Part shown: positions 9,301 through 18,926 of the stretch, one piece after another | How positions within the stretch are numbered: position 1 is the stretch's first letter | How the letters are laid out: each line of letters opens with the position of its first letter | From: Thermoplasmata archaeon | GTDB taxonomy: Archaea > Thermoplasmatota > Penumbrarchaeia > JAEHCK01 | Assembly (NCBI GenBank): GCA_020696345.1 | Contig: JAEHCK010000011.1 | Location: 213-64,212 of the forward strand | Length of the DNA stretch: 64,000 nt | Direction of reading: 5' to 3' | Translations under genes and position numbers: made by a program | The notes under the pieces: model-generated | Told to the model about the DNA's origin: nothing | Database searches by the model: none | What the model saw: the letters and a program-made list of their open reading frames with translations, nothing else

Positions 9301-10584
9301 CCAAATGTGGAAGGCCAGGTGACTATTCGGTTCACGGCAAAAGACCCACTAGGTGCCTGGGGCGTGGGAGATATAAAGATCACGATCAAAGATATCCCAG
9401 ACCCTCCCAGGATCAAGACAATACCAGATATAAACGTACATTACTACAACCCGAACTCTACGACCGATTATGACGGCTATGGCTACGACTTCTCGTATTT
9501 CGTCAACGACCCTGATACAGACCGTTCGGAGCTAATTGTCTGGGCACAGTCTACCATGGACGAAAATGACGATGCCTGGATCCAGGAAGACCCGAAGAAT
9601 AATATGAGGTTAATATTCAAGTTCCCGTTCACAGCCGTAGGCAAACATACATTAGTCCTGTATGCACAGGATCCAAATCCGAAAACAGAAATGGCTTATA
9701 GACATTTCAATGTTACTGTAATAATCGATGCCTGGCCGGTTGAATATATCGGTACGATCCCCGAACAAAGTTTCTTCAGAGATGCGGTATTTGACAATGC
9801 ATTTAATTTCGAGGACTATTTCGAGGACAAAAACGGTCAAGCGGGCGGGACCGACTACTCGATACTGGAAAACCCGAAAAGCAATGTCAATGCAGTGATC
9901 GATAGAGATAACTATGTTGACCTATCTTGTAAAAGTCAGTACTGGCATGGTTATGACGAGTTTGTGATCTTGGCAATGGATACCAATCCCGTGCAATACG
10001 TGTATGCAGTTATAAAAGTGCATGTACTTTATATGCCACCACCGCCCTTGGATCCGCTGCCAATAGTTAATCTAAAAATAGGTGAGGAAAAAACTCTGGA
10101 CCTTAGTAATTATTTTTTTAATGCAAACACACACATTTCTGATCTTGTCATTGAAACCAATGACCCGGAACATATCTGGGTAGACGGAACGAAATTAATT
10201 ATCAAGTATGACAAAGAAGGCACATACTTTGTCAAAGTTTGGGTAATATATCCTGATGGTACAAACCGATCAAGCGATCTGATAATTTATGTAGACGAAC
10301 CATCCAAACCTGAACAGGATAAAACATCAACTACATTCATGTACGAATTAATTGTGGGAATTTTGGTTACTGTCGTGTTTGTCGTTCTTTTAATATTATT
10401 TTTTATGGTCAAAAAAAGGCCAACTCCACTAACCCATAAACAACGTGATAGAATTGTATCTTCCATGCCGGTAAAGACCGTGAAACGGGGTAATACACAA
10501 GAAAAAGCTCATAAAATCCTAATTTATCCACAGCCAACCCAAACACCAACTGACCCCAGTCAACCACCAGTAAAGATAAAGTAG
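6319..10584 (+). CDS. Giant membrane-anchored surface protein with many Ig-like domains
   Basis: Long ORF (the ORF track starts at TTG 6295; ATG 6319 precedes the signal anchor MFRVHKRFIIIGVLLILISS). Repeated Ig-like domain endings (DQAGNYND, AVDIANNVNE, VSDDAGNTG). C-terminal TM (LIVGILVTVVFVVLLILFFMV) plus a Pro/Thr/Gln tail. Confidence 0.75.
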   Translation: MFRVHKRFIIIGVLLILISSTIGSHLILLTGDSIKAGGGRDNRNARVVVGPKEMLDNTDFSAVRSWVLIDATKVKPAPAPAVVHTDVRYNNLISPQYIVFENDQQLNSDETPISPPLKARLTQTFNKTFWTSNNPNSVICSFDYTPTYYNGLIDGSPAIYADIILEIMNLSTGVYGRWPIEKDATPNFGNGSYKTDDSRITYPSTQFFVTRDIGSGPTGGSFPAGVFNISPPGLYELSIIFQIWSTTQALFNVNTYYTFLFDNVSLQVMDVEEPAVVANNSSFGPFNNNTYDDQINGKIDIDFFAGSGNNTPLNEGKYRLNNSGKPGQWHLIFKSITEMQYTYNWSIAAVWANMSEGKNYIDIYCSDQAGNYNDSVQITVIKDTIPPVTYLHSINEYQTTKEFHIYYYARDPVPSGGFNSTVILMFKHNGSGKYVNYTTSDNPSGLFDHNPILFDITKAGVGYGEGKYEFYSIGIDNTSNQEAPPAQNKMPDTDTIVDIHGPKLIFIEPKGKYIVGTETLTIESENDTKLVEFYYWLDLDKDGQADDVDDISSVWVLIDTIYKPKPGQSDNWSTEWDTKSGKDFILEEGMVVLKAMAVDIANNVNEAYKNNIEVDNVAPKVKITNPETLSPENEALIWINYTTDPDVMYATFYYRIHDDKEDNAEWIKITDKENHTYGDTIGTYQWVLSKEFRQAKPRIDIKVEVSDDAGNTGMCVVEYLQPPPVGPKIKSDFPTQIMWEEDFGKKTLKLTKYESHYDSSITGDNLKWYITWNSEKLFHITGNNNTGENADTFVFTSIENRYGQEVLTYHLHDMQGIEATIEQTIIVISKPDRPEFNPPTETIHVRYGEPDTFDLSYYIFDVDNNKIDLILTTNDPKNITTNGLNLTFNYGGSMKGQKKLIRVTVTDFEYSITRTIEIFISDNHRPKLVLDLPNDIVLQSGVVVKDILDLDEYFHDLEDDDKLTFTSEESIEYDGQQKVIISIGKENNVTLEALPNVEGQVTIRFTAKDPLGAWGVGDIKITIKDIPDPPRIKTIPDINVHYYNPNSTTDYDGYGYDFSYFVNDPDTDRSELIVWAQSTMDENDDAWIQEDPKNNMRLIFKFPFTAVGKHTLVLYAQDPNPKTEMAYRHFNVTVIIDAWPVEYIGTIPEQSFFRDAVFDNAFNFEDYFEDKNGQAGGTDYSILENPKSNVNAVIDRDNYVDLSCKSQYWHGYDEFVILAMDTNPVQYVYAVIKVHVLYMPPPPLDPLPIVNLKIGEEKTLDLSNYFFNANTHISDLVIETNDPEHIWVDGTKLIIKYDKEGTYFVKVWVIYPDGTNRSSDLIIYVDEPSKPEQDKTSTTFMYELIVGILVTVVFVVLLILFFMVKKRPTPLTHKQRDRIVSSMPVKTVKRGNTQEKAHKILIYPQPTQTPTDPSQPPVKIK

Positions 10585-10735
10585 TTTAATATGGAAATAA
10601 AAGATCATTCTAAGTGATTTTCAGAAATTCAAGATCTTTATAGGTTTGGGTAGTTTAGATATAGAAGATACTTGTATCATAATAGATATATCCTTACACT
10701 AAAACCGAGATACATTCGATATTTGTCCGAAAAGC

Positions 10736-10745
10736 TTTAAATATA
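10736..10745 (+). promoter_or_regulatory. Putative archaeal TATA box (TTTAAATATA) with a purine-rich BRE-like CGAAAAG upstream
   Basis: About 30 nt upstream of ATG 10774, which would give a very short leader. Pattern only. Confidence 0.3.
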
Positions 10746-10773
10746 CCTATATAGTAATTTAATTAATGATAAG

Positions 10774-13700
10774 ATGATGAGAACTAGAGTAATAAAGAGG
10801 TTGTTTTACGTATATTTGATATTCGCATTAATTACTGCTGGCTTAATCGGATTTCTAATGTTTGAAGGTGTGCGCGACACTCCCGGTGCACAAGCCGCAG
10901 CAATCATAGTCGATTCCAACGGCGGCGGCAATTACACCAAGATCCAGGATGCCATCGATGCCGCCAACCCAGGCGATACTATCTATGTCTGGGCCGGAAC
11001 GTATGTTGAGAATTTCATAATCAATAAAACATTAACCATGATCGGCAACGGAACTTCCAATACAACGCTCGTTGGTGCCATGGACGGTAACGTGGTTTTG
11101 ATCGAAGCAGATTGGGTGAACTTCTCGGGCTTTGAGATCAAGTCAAGTGGTAGCTGGAACTACGGCATCAGGCTTAATTTTGCTAATAACTGCAGTGTCG
11201 ATTCAGTTAAATTTACCAACCTATCTGTGAGTGTCAACCTGATACTCTCAGATAGAAACACCATCACCAATATCACAGGAAGTACTGGCTCGGTCAATCA
11301 TATATTGACATTTAATTCGAATTATAACTTGTTCAAGAATCATACATACTTCTCAACCGTATATTCACGGGTGAAGCTTGATAGTTCAGTGTTCAATACA
11401 CTCATGGATCTCGAGCTTGATAATACTCCTGGGACAGATATGCAAAATACTATTGAACTTGGTAAGTGTAGAAGCATGACACTTAAGAACAATAAAATTA
11501 CCCGGGGCGGAGTATTGATAACCAGCTTTAACTCGGTGGTTTCACATTGGAACACCCATGACATCGACCAGACCAACCTGGTAAACGGAAAGCCCGTCTA
11601 TTATCTGAAGGACCAGCAGAATACTGTGATACCTTCGGGCAAGGGTCAAATTATACTCGCTAATTGTAAAGATATAACTGTTGAAGACTATGACTTCAAT
11701 AATGTGAGCAGCGGTATAACACTCGGGTACTCACAAAATATTGTTATTTCGGATAACACATTCACCAATAACAACTACGGCGTCTATATTTTTGAGTCTG
11801 ATCTCAATACGATAAATAATAATAATTTTAATGTTAACGAATACAACATTCATCTCATCGGTTCGAACAATACTGTGATGGATAATTCTCTTTCCAAAAG
11901 CGATTGGAACAACATTTGGCTGAAAGGTTCTGATAATAGAGTGATAAATAATACGATTCAAGAGGGTTTTAACAGCATTCGTTTGGATTGGGACAGTAAC
12001 CGCAACCTGGTTTACGATAATACCTGCTTCCTAGCAAGTATGGAGGCTATTGGTATTTATGGTAAATACAATATTATTGCCAACAACTCATGCGACTTGA
12101 GCCCTACGGGGATCTTGCTGCGTGATATTGAAAACACTGTTATCAATAACACATGTTCCAATAACCATTACGGCATTAAATTGGGAACTCTATCAACATT
12201 GAAAAGACCAGGCAGCAATATTGTCAAGAACAATACATGTAAAAACAACGACGGCACCGGAATTGAGGTATACACCAGCGATAATCTGATCGAAAATAAT
12301 TATTGTTCAGAGAATGCATTTGGCATGAAATTTACTACTTCTGATAATAACATAGTCAGAGAGAACAATATTACCTATAACATAAATGGTTTCTCTTTAA
12401 CCTCTGATTGCATAAATAATACAATTTATCACAATAACATCATTTACAACGACCTGCAGGTCACAGACGATGGTGATACCGAATGGAGCTTTGATTCTGA
12501 AGGCAATTACTGGTCAGATTACAAGGGCTCTGATGACGGTTCAAACGGTCGTGTTGCAGGTGACGGTATTGGTGATACCGAGATTCCGCATATCCAACTG
12601 GATAACTTTCCGTTCGTGGAGGAGTCTGGCTGGGCATATCCAGGTGTGCTTGAATTCTTAGACCCGGGCGAAGTTGATCCCGATGGTGAATATACGTTAG
12701 CTTGGACCGCGAGTTATAGAGCCACGAAGTATTTGGTTGAGGAAGATGTTGTAATTACTTTTGATTCAGCAAATGTGGTCTATTATGGTTCAGATCTATC
12801 ATTTGATATTGTAAATAAAGACAACGGCACGTATTATTATCGCGTCATACCGTATAACGACCTGGGACCTGGTAGCTGGTCCAACTTTGTAGGAATTACC
12901 GTAGATTGGCTGCCAAATATACCGAAAAACCTATCTGTAGCAGTATTTCCAGCAGGAAATACGCTTAACATATCTTGGGACCCAAACAAAATTGATACCC
13001 AGAGATATAAGCTTGAATTTACCAATGAAACAATGACCATTAGGCAAACGCTTGAGATCTTTGACCACCCCGATAATACTTATAACCACACAGGATTAAA
13101 CGACGATGAGTTTCATTTATATTGGTTATCAGCCTGCGATGGCCGCGGCCAGTGGTCTGAGCGTACCGAATCTGTCTTTGCAATTCCGCATGATTCGGTT
13201 GCACCGGCACCGCCCACGGGACTAAAAGTGTTATTGACATCGAACGATACCGTAGTTCTAACCTGGAACTCAAGCCTCGAGGGCGACGTTGTGGGTTATA
13301 ATATTTACAGAAGTACCTTATCATCCGACCCTGCTACCTGGGGTAGGTTAATAGCGGTTGTTCCGGGGAACAAGAAACAGTATTTTGATTCCGATGCAGA
13401 CCTTCTGGAGGATTTCACATATTACTATACGATCAGGGCTTATGACGAGGTGCCCAACTATTCCAATTTTTCAAACATCGTAACTGCTAAAACCCTGCTT
13501 GGACCGCATGCGCCTGAGATAAATCACTCTTTACCAGATTTCGAATTGCTTGAAGATACCATAGATGTAACTTCCATCAATTTATCGTACTGGTTCAAAG
13601 ATATCAATGGTGACCCGCTAAAGTTCTCGTATGAAGGCCAGGAGCATATATTTATTGATATAGATGGAGAGGACGGCAGCGTGTTAATTGCACCGGAAGA

Positions 13701-14655
13701 GAACTGGAGCGGCCAAGAGACACTGACATTTACCGCCTCGGACGGTTTGTCCTCGGTATCTGATGATGTGACCATTACGGTACTACCAGTTAACGATCCA
13801 CCCGGAGATCTAAAGATCATGCAGCCGTTCGAGGGTGACGAGGTCTATGATGATGAGCCCATCAGTTTTCTAGCCGCTTGCGACGACCCGGATGAACCGT
13901 ACGGTGATCTGCTAACATTCAACTGGACCTCCAATATCTCCGGCCACCTGGGGTATGGCGACTATCTTGAAGGGCTCTATCTATCTCCCGGAGTACATTT
14001 AATAACGCTGACGGTCTGGGATACCGAAGGCCAGAGCATCAATACCAGTATTAATATTACAGTATTAGCGAGCCAGGCTATTGATCCACCTGATAAGCCG
14101 AACAAAGGCGACGAGGATAAAGATAGTTATATCGTATATTCTCAGATAGTAATTTCAGCAGTGGTCTCGATAATAATTATAATCATTCTCGGCGCATTTT
14201 TATTCATGTTCTACAGACGAAAAAAGGTGAAAGTTAAAGACGCACCCACCGAACCTCAACCCCAACCATTTTATACGGTTCAGGATAGGATGGGTGTCCA
14301 ACAACAACCACAACCGATGGTACGAGAGTCGGCACCAACACACATACCAATACAAACACAACCCCAGATAGTTCAATCCACCACTATGGCACAGCAGCCC
14401 ACGATACAACGATCACCATCCATTGCAACTGTACCCCAACCCAAGATCGCCTCGGTAGGAACACTACCAGAGAAACAGCGCATGCCCGCAGGTGAAAAAC
14501 GGCCAATACTACCACCTGGCAATGGTAATGAGGAAATGGTTAAAAGTCATGGAGTCGAGAGTCCTGGGAGTTCCGAGTCTAAAAACGTGAGTCAGGAGCT
14601 GGTGGTCAAGGAAACCACAAATCCCAATAATCAAATCATAAAAAATGGTTTGTGA
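10774..14655 (+). CDS. Giant surface protein: parallel beta-helix (NosD/PbH1-like) repeats, FN3-like, cadherin-like and PKD-like domains, TM, Pro/Gln-rich tail
   Basis: Signal anchor (LFYVYLIFALITAGLIGFLMF). GGGNYTKIQDAIDAANPGDTIYVWAGTY, then many N-rich beta-helix turns (NNTFTNNNYGVYIF, NNTCSNNHYGIKL). FN3-like (APAPPTGLKVLLTSNDTVVLTWN). VLPVNDPP. TM (IVISAVVSIIIIIILGAFLFMF). Confidence 0.8.
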   Translation: MMRTRVIKRLFYVYLIFALITAGLIGFLMFEGVRDTPGAQAAAIIVDSNGGGNYTKIQDAIDAANPGDTIYVWAGTYVENFIINKTLTMIGNGTSNTTLVGAMDGNVVLIEADWVNFSGFEIKSSGSWNYGIRLNFANNCSVDSVKFTNLSVSVNLILSDRNTITNITGSTGSVNHILTFNSNYNLFKNHTYFSTVYSRVKLDSSVFNTLMDLELDNTPGTDMQNTIELGKCRSMTLKNNKITRGGVLITSFNSVVSHWNTHDIDQTNLVNGKPVYYLKDQQNTVIPSGKGQIILANCKDITVEDYDFNNVSSGITLGYSQNIVISDNTFTNNNYGVYIFESDLNTINNNNFNVNEYNIHLIGSNNTVMDNSLSKSDWNNIWLKGSDNRVINNTIQEGFNSIRLDWDSNRNLVYDNTCFLASMEAIGIYGKYNIIANNSCDLSPTGILLRDIENTVINNTCSNNHYGIKLGTLSTLKRPGSNIVKNNTCKNNDGTGIEVYTSDNLIENNYCSENAFGMKFTTSDNNIVRENNITYNINGFSLTSDCINNTIYHNNIIYNDLQVTDDGDTEWSFDSEGNYWSDYKGSDDGSNGRVAGDGIGDTEIPHIQLDNFPFVEESGWAYPGVLEFLDPGEVDPDGEYTLAWTASYRATKYLVEEDVVITFDSANVVYYGSDLSFDIVNKDNGTYYYRVIPYNDLGPGSWSNFVGITVDWLPNIPKNLSVAVFPAGNTLNISWDPNKIDTQRYKLEFTNETMTIRQTLEIFDHPDNTYNHTGLNDDEFHLYWLSACDGRGQWSERTESVFAIPHDSVAPAPPTGLKVLLTSNDTVVLTWNSSLEGDVVGYNIYRSTLSSDPATWGRLIAVVPGNKKQYFDSDADLLEDFTYYYTIRAYDEVPNYSNFSNIVTAKTLLGPHAPEINHSLPDFELLEDTIDVTSINLSYWFKDINGDPLKFSYEGQEHIFIDIDGEDGSVLIAPEENWSGQETLTFTASDGLSSVSDDVTITVLPVNDPPGDLKIMQPFEGDEVYDDEPISFLAACDDPDEPYGDLLTFNWTSNISGHLGYGDYLEGLYLSPGVHLITLTVWDTEGQSINTSINITVLASQAIDPPDKPNKGDEDKDSYIVYSQIVISAVVSIIIIIILGAFLFMFYRRKKVKVKDAPTEPQPQPFYTVQDRMGVQQQPQPMVRESAPTHIPIQTQPQIVQSTTMAQQPTIQRSPSIATVPQPKIASVGTLPEKQRMPAGEKRPILPPGNGNEEMVKSHGVESPGSSESKNVSQELVVKETTNPNNQIIKNGL

Positions 14656-14718
14656 TTTGGTACTTGGAGCTTAATTTTGCATTTTAAAATTTACAATTTC
14701 AAATTTCCAATATCCTCA

Positions 14719-15621
14719 TTAATAATCCTTTGTAAATTCTTCCTTCCTCAGCAACAGCTCCCACTCGCGGTCAACTGTTTTCTGGATCTTGGTTAGCATC
14801 TCTTCGGGCAGATGCCGGAACCGGCCCTGCATCTTAAAATAATCATTGATCGGCTCCTTCTTGGCTGGCTTGCGGCTTATCTTGTATTTACCATTCTCTA
14901 TCTCGTATATCGGGAAAATGCATGTTTTGACCACCAAGCGCGCGATCTCCATGGTCTTTTCGGGCGGCGCACGCCAGCCCGTGGGGCATGGTGCGTAGAC
15001 CTGGATATATTTCGGACCTTTGATACTGATCGCTTTTTGTATCTTTTTAATGAAATCTTCCGGGTACCCTATCGACGCTGTGGCAGTGTAAGGTATCTGG
15101 TGTGCGGCCATGATCTCCACCATATTCTTCTTCGGCTCCTTCTTCCAGTCCTGGGTGGTTCCCACGGTGGTTGTGGTGGTCCAGGCACCTACCGGCGTGG
15201 CTGAACTGCGCTGGATACCAGTGTTCATGTATGCCTCGTTATCGTAGCAGATATAAAGCACATTATGACCGCGCTCCACTGCACCGGAGAGCGCCTGGAT
15301 GCCGATATCGAGCGTGCCGCCGTCACCGGCCCAGCCAACTACATTTATATCCTCCTTGCCGCGCGCATCCAGTGCGGCGCGTACACCAGAGATGGATGCA
15401 CCCGTGGTCTCAAAGGCGTTGTACAGCATGGGTATCTGCAGATTATTATGCGGCCAAACACCGGGCATCACCGCCCAGCAGCAGGCAGGGATACAGATTA
15501 TGGTCCTTCTACCAAGAGCCTTTAATGCGTATCGCATCGCAAGTGTTGCTCCGCAGCCCAAGCAGCCCATGTGCCCCGGCCACATCAACTCGTCTTCGGG
15601 TATCGTAAGTTTCTTAGCCAT
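14719..15621 (-). CDS. porB: 2-oxoacid (pyruvate-type):ferredoxin oxidoreductase beta subunit (TPP-binding)
   Basis: Motifs HMGCLGCGATLAMRY and GWAGDGGTLDIGIQALSG. Last gene of the gamma-delta-alpha-beta operon. Confidence 0.88.
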   Translation of the reverse strand: MAKKLTIPEDELMWPGHMGCLGCGATLAMRYALKALGRRTIICIPACCWAVMPGVWPHNNLQIPMLYNAFETTGASISGVRAALDARGKEDINVVGWAGDGGTLDIGIQALSGAVERGHNVLYICYDNEAYMNTGIQRSSATPVGAWTTTTTVGTTQDWKKEPKKNMVEIMAAHQIPYTATASIGYPEDFIKKIQKAISIKGPKYIQVYAPCPTGWRAPPEKTMEIARLVVKTCIFPIYEIENGKYKISRKPAKKEPINDYFKMQGRFRHLPEEMLTKIQKTVDREWELLLRKEEFTKDY

Positions 15622-16838
15622 TATAATCCCCCCTCACCATCGGGATCTTCCGCATCCTTAAGGCCGTACCAGACGATTTCCTCATCAAGTTTACCGGCTT
15701 CTTTGATCTTGATCATATTTTTGTAGATGTCAATGATATGCTCTTTACGCACATCGCGCCCGCCAACACCCAGCATGTAATTCTTCATTATTGGCCTCTC
15801 ACCTTCAGAAACTGCGTTATATATCGCCCCGCCTACCTCGGCAAAGAACGGGCCGCCATAGCCGAACGTGAATGTTCGTTCAGACACACCAAGCACATCC
15901 ACGGTCTTTGCCAATGCGCGCACCTGCTCGTACGGGAACGGTCTGAAGAACCGGATCCGCGACAGACCAACCTTGAGCCCATCATTGCGCAGATCGTCCA
16001 CGGCCTCGCGGGCGGTGCTTGCATTGGTCCCTGCGGCCATTAGAACCACATCGGCATCGGAACAGCGGTAGTTATCTAATAATCCGCCGTAGGAGCGGCC
16101 GAATATCTTTTCGAAATCTTTCTCTGCCTGGAGTATTTTTGCGCGTGCATCATCCATGGCCTGGGCGATCTTGTATCGGAACTCCATATGCCAGCTGTGC
16201 GGCATCACCAATGAACCGAACCCATGTGGGTCGTCAACATCAAGTTTATACGGCGGGTCGAACCTGGGCAGGTATTCATCCACCAGCTCTTGGTCGGGCA
16301 GGTCCACGACCTCGTAAGTATGCGACAGGTAAAATGCATCAAGCGTTGTCATACCAGGTAATAATATTTCATCATCCTCACACGCTTTGAAGAGCTGTAA
16401 AATTGTATCCACCACTTCCTGGTTGTTCTCGCAGTAGAGTTGGATCCAGCCGGTATCACGCTGCGCCACGGAATCTTGGTGATCCGCCCAAACACTCCAT
16501 GGTGGGCCCATGGCACGGTTCACATTCGCCATTACCACGGGCGTTCGTGCTCCGGCAGCCCACATGAGCAGCTCATGCATCAATGCCAGGCCCTGTGCCG
16601 ACGTTGCGGTGAATGTGCGCACACCGGTTTGCGATGCGGAAATGCATGCTGCCATGGCCGAATGTTCGCTCTCGACTTTGATATATTGTGTCTCCAGCTC
16701 GCCATTACCCACAAAATCCGCGATCTTCTCCACAATTGTGGTCTGCGGTGTTATGGGATAGGCCGGTATAACCTCTGCGCGCGCTAGTTTAGCACCGTAT
16801 GCTACTGCTGAGTTTCCTGTGATTACCATTTTTGTCAT
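15621..16838 (-). CDS. porA: 2-oxoacid:ferredoxin oxidoreductase alpha subunit
   Basis: N-terminus VITGNSAVAYGAKLARAEVIPAYPITPQT. 405 aa. Its stop overlaps the start of the beta subunit. Confidence 0.88.
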   Translation of the reverse strand: MTKMVITGNSAVAYGAKLARAEVIPAYPITPQTTIVEKIADFVGNGELETQYIKVESEHSAMAACISASQTGVRTFTATSAQGLALMHELLMWAAGARTPVVMANVNRAMGPPWSVWADHQDSVAQRDTGWIQLYCENNQEVVDTILQLFKACEDDEILLPGMTTLDAFYLSHTYEVVDLPDQELVDEYLPRFDPPYKLDVDDPHGFGSLVMPHSWHMEFRYKIAQAMDDARAKILQAEKDFEKIFGRSYGGLLDNYRCSDADVVLMAAGTNASTAREAVDDLRNDGLKVGLSRIRFFRPFPYEQVRALAKTVDVLGVSERTFTFGYGGPFFAEVGGAIYNAVSEGERPIMKNYMLGVGGRDVRKEHIIDIYKNMIKIKEAGKLDEEIVWYGLKDAEDPDGEGGL

Positions 16839-16854
16839 ACTTTACCTCCCCCGA

Positions 16855-17178
16855 TCAATCGTTCTCCTCCATTACCAAGGTTATTGCCTTTTTCGGGCAC
16901 TCATTGGCACAGATACCACAGCCTTTACAATAATCAAGGTCCACCACGGGGAGCTCGTCCATGCTTTTTATCACGATACATGGCTCTGGACAGCAGCGCC
17001 AACACAGGAAACATAGATTACATTTTTCCGCGTCGATCACCGGTCGTAAAGTACGCCATGGACCGGTATGTACTGCTAAAGACGATTCTATTGTCATGGT
17101 CATTGGCGGTAGGTCCTGATAGCCTTTGACATCCTTTGACGGTTTATACCCTTTTGACTTTTCATTTGCATCTGACAT
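16855..17178 (-). CDS. porD: 2-oxoacid:ferredoxin oxidoreductase delta subunit (2x[4Fe-4S])
   Basis: Two Cys clusters (CNLCFLCWRCCP and CKGCGICANECP). 107 aa, located between gamma and alpha. Confidence 0.85.
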   Translation of the reverse strand: MSDANEKSKGYKPSKDVKGYQDLPPMTMTIESSLAVHTGPWRTLRPVIDAEKCNLCFLCWRCCPEPCIVIKSMDELPVVDLDYCKGCGICANECPKKAITLVMEEND

Positions 17179-17736
17179 CTATTCTCCCTCCATCTGGACA
17201 GCATCAAATGCATCTTGCCCGGCCTTGGCGTTCTCCTCCTTTTTGGCGGGTGAACGTTCCTTGATCGCGGCAACTAGGGACTCGATAGTGACAATGCCGG
17301 ATACTTTTGCCAGACCGCCTATGATCGCGGTGTTCACGATTGGTGCCGTACGTGTGCCAAGTCTATTATTGATGGCGATCTCTGTTGCATCCACAGTTGC
17401 TATTTTGCCTTTGACAAATTTCTTAAATGTCTCTGGCGGTTTATTTGAATTGATAATTACAATTCCATCGGGTTTAAGGCCCTCGGCAACATCGATGGAT
17501 TCTACCAGCTGTGCGGCAAGTACAACCACATAATCGGGTTCATAAATCGCTGACTTAACTCTGATGGGTTTCTTATCGATCTTGGTATAAGCGGTCACGG
17601 GCGCACCGCGGCGTTCAACACCAAAATATGGGAACGCCTGTACATCGTTTCCTTCTCGAAACGCTGCTTCTGCAAGTATGGTCGCTGCTGTTACCGCTCC
17701 TTGTCCGCCCCTACCGTGGAACCGTATCTCTATCAT
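17179..17736 (-). CDS. porG: 2-oxoacid:ferredoxin oxidoreductase gamma subunit
   Basis: N-terminus [26 protein letters not shown]. 185 aa. First gene of the operon. Confidence 0.88.
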
Positions 17737-17960
17737 ACTATCAGCTCCTGCTCCTTTTCATTCCCCTCTTGATTAAAATTAAACATTCTTTCTTCCTATA
17801 GGAAGGGTGAATAAGGATAGTGATATTTAATTTATGGGATAATTAGTAATACTTCGTGGATTGATGGTTTAGTATTCAGAAATTAATGAATGGTGGAATA
17901 TTCAGGGGTAAGGGGTCACAATTCAGGGGTCAGAAATAAGCAGTTTTAAGTACATTCTTC

Positions 17961-18100
17961 AGTCTTCCAGTCTACCCGTCTTCTGGTCTGCTGGTCCGTT
18001 AGTCTACCGGTCGACCAGGTGACTACCTGACTAGCCGACTGGTTGACCAGCTGACTGATCGACTACCTGATTCATTATATTTTTCAACTAACAAAGTAGT
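17961..18100. repeat. Mosaic intergenic repeat (GACCAG/CTGGTC words plus a conserved 30-mer), reverse orientation copy
   Basis: The reverse complement aligns by eye over about 125 nt with 47256-47375 (shared blocks ACTACTTTGTTAG, CAGTCAGCTGGTC, GCTAGTCA, GACCGGTA). Confidence 0.75.
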
Positions 18101-18257
18101 GTTAGTAAATAATGAATTATACTTTAATTCGACATTGATCCATTTTTCCGGTGATCTAGCCCTAAATTTGTTATGTGTTAGAAAGAGTATAATACATGAT
18201 TTATCATTTCATTAAACGGTTTCGTTAAACGGAATAGATAGGTGATGGCTTATTAAG

Positions 18258-18926
18258 TTGATATTATTAGGTGCACCCGGTTCCGGAAAGGGTACCCAGG
18301 CTAAATTGATCGCCGAGAAATATTCACTGCTGCACATCGCAGCCGGTGATCTATTGCGTGAAGCGGTGAATAAGAATACGCCACTGGGGTTACAGGCTAA
18401 AGAATTCATGGGTCGTGGCGGGCTTGTACCGGACAAGATCGTTATTGACCTGATCCGACAACGGCTGGATGAGCCCGACGCCAAGGCGGGCAATGGATAC
18501 ATATTGGATGGTTTCCCACGTACATTGGCACAAGCCGAGAAGTTAGCAGATGTCGAGGATGTAGATATTGATATAGTGCTGAACATTGACGTGATCTTTG
18601 ATCTGTTGTTGGAGCGTTTGACCGGGCGCAGGACGTGTGGTTCATGTGGGGCGGTCTATCATATTAAGTATAACCCTCCAAGATCAATAGGCGTTTGTGA
18701 CAAATGCGGTTCTGAGCTTTTCCATAGACGCGATGATAATGAGGAAGTAATTAAAAATCGATTGGATACATACTTGAACCAGACCCAACCACTCATCCAA
18801 TTCTATAAACAAAGAGGTTTACTCAAAGACATTAATGGCTCAGGAGCGATTCAAAACATTTTCAAATTGATCGTGACGATACTGGATAATAAACACGAAT
18901 ATACAAACTCCGGAGTTCGTTTATGA
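18258..18926 (+). CDS. adk: Adenylate kinase, long (bacterial-like) type with a zinc-ribbon lid
   Basis: P-loop ILLGAPGSGKGTQ, LID cysteines CGSCG...CDKCG. TTG start as given in the ORF track. Confidence 0.88.
   Translation: MILLGAPGSGKGTQAKLIAEKYSLLHIAAGDLLREAVNKNTPLGLQAKEFMGRGGLVPDKIVIDLIRQRLDEPDAKAGNGYILDGFPRTLAQAEKLADVEDVDIDIVLNIDVIFDLLLERLTGRRTCGSCGAVYHIKYNPPRSIGVCDKCGSELFHRRDDNEEVIKNRLDTYLNQTQPLIQFYKQRGLLKDINGSGAIQNIFKLIVTILDNKHEYTNSGVRL

Noticed and set aside
15171-16787. Multiple 80-145-aa ORFs antisense to or out of frame with porA/porB (e.g. 15171..15608, 15299..15661, 16019..16390, 16440..16787)
   Set aside because: They are shadow ORFs inside strongly supported, relatively GC-rich coding regions. 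Their translations are Arg/Pro/His-rich and low in complexity, with no motifs.
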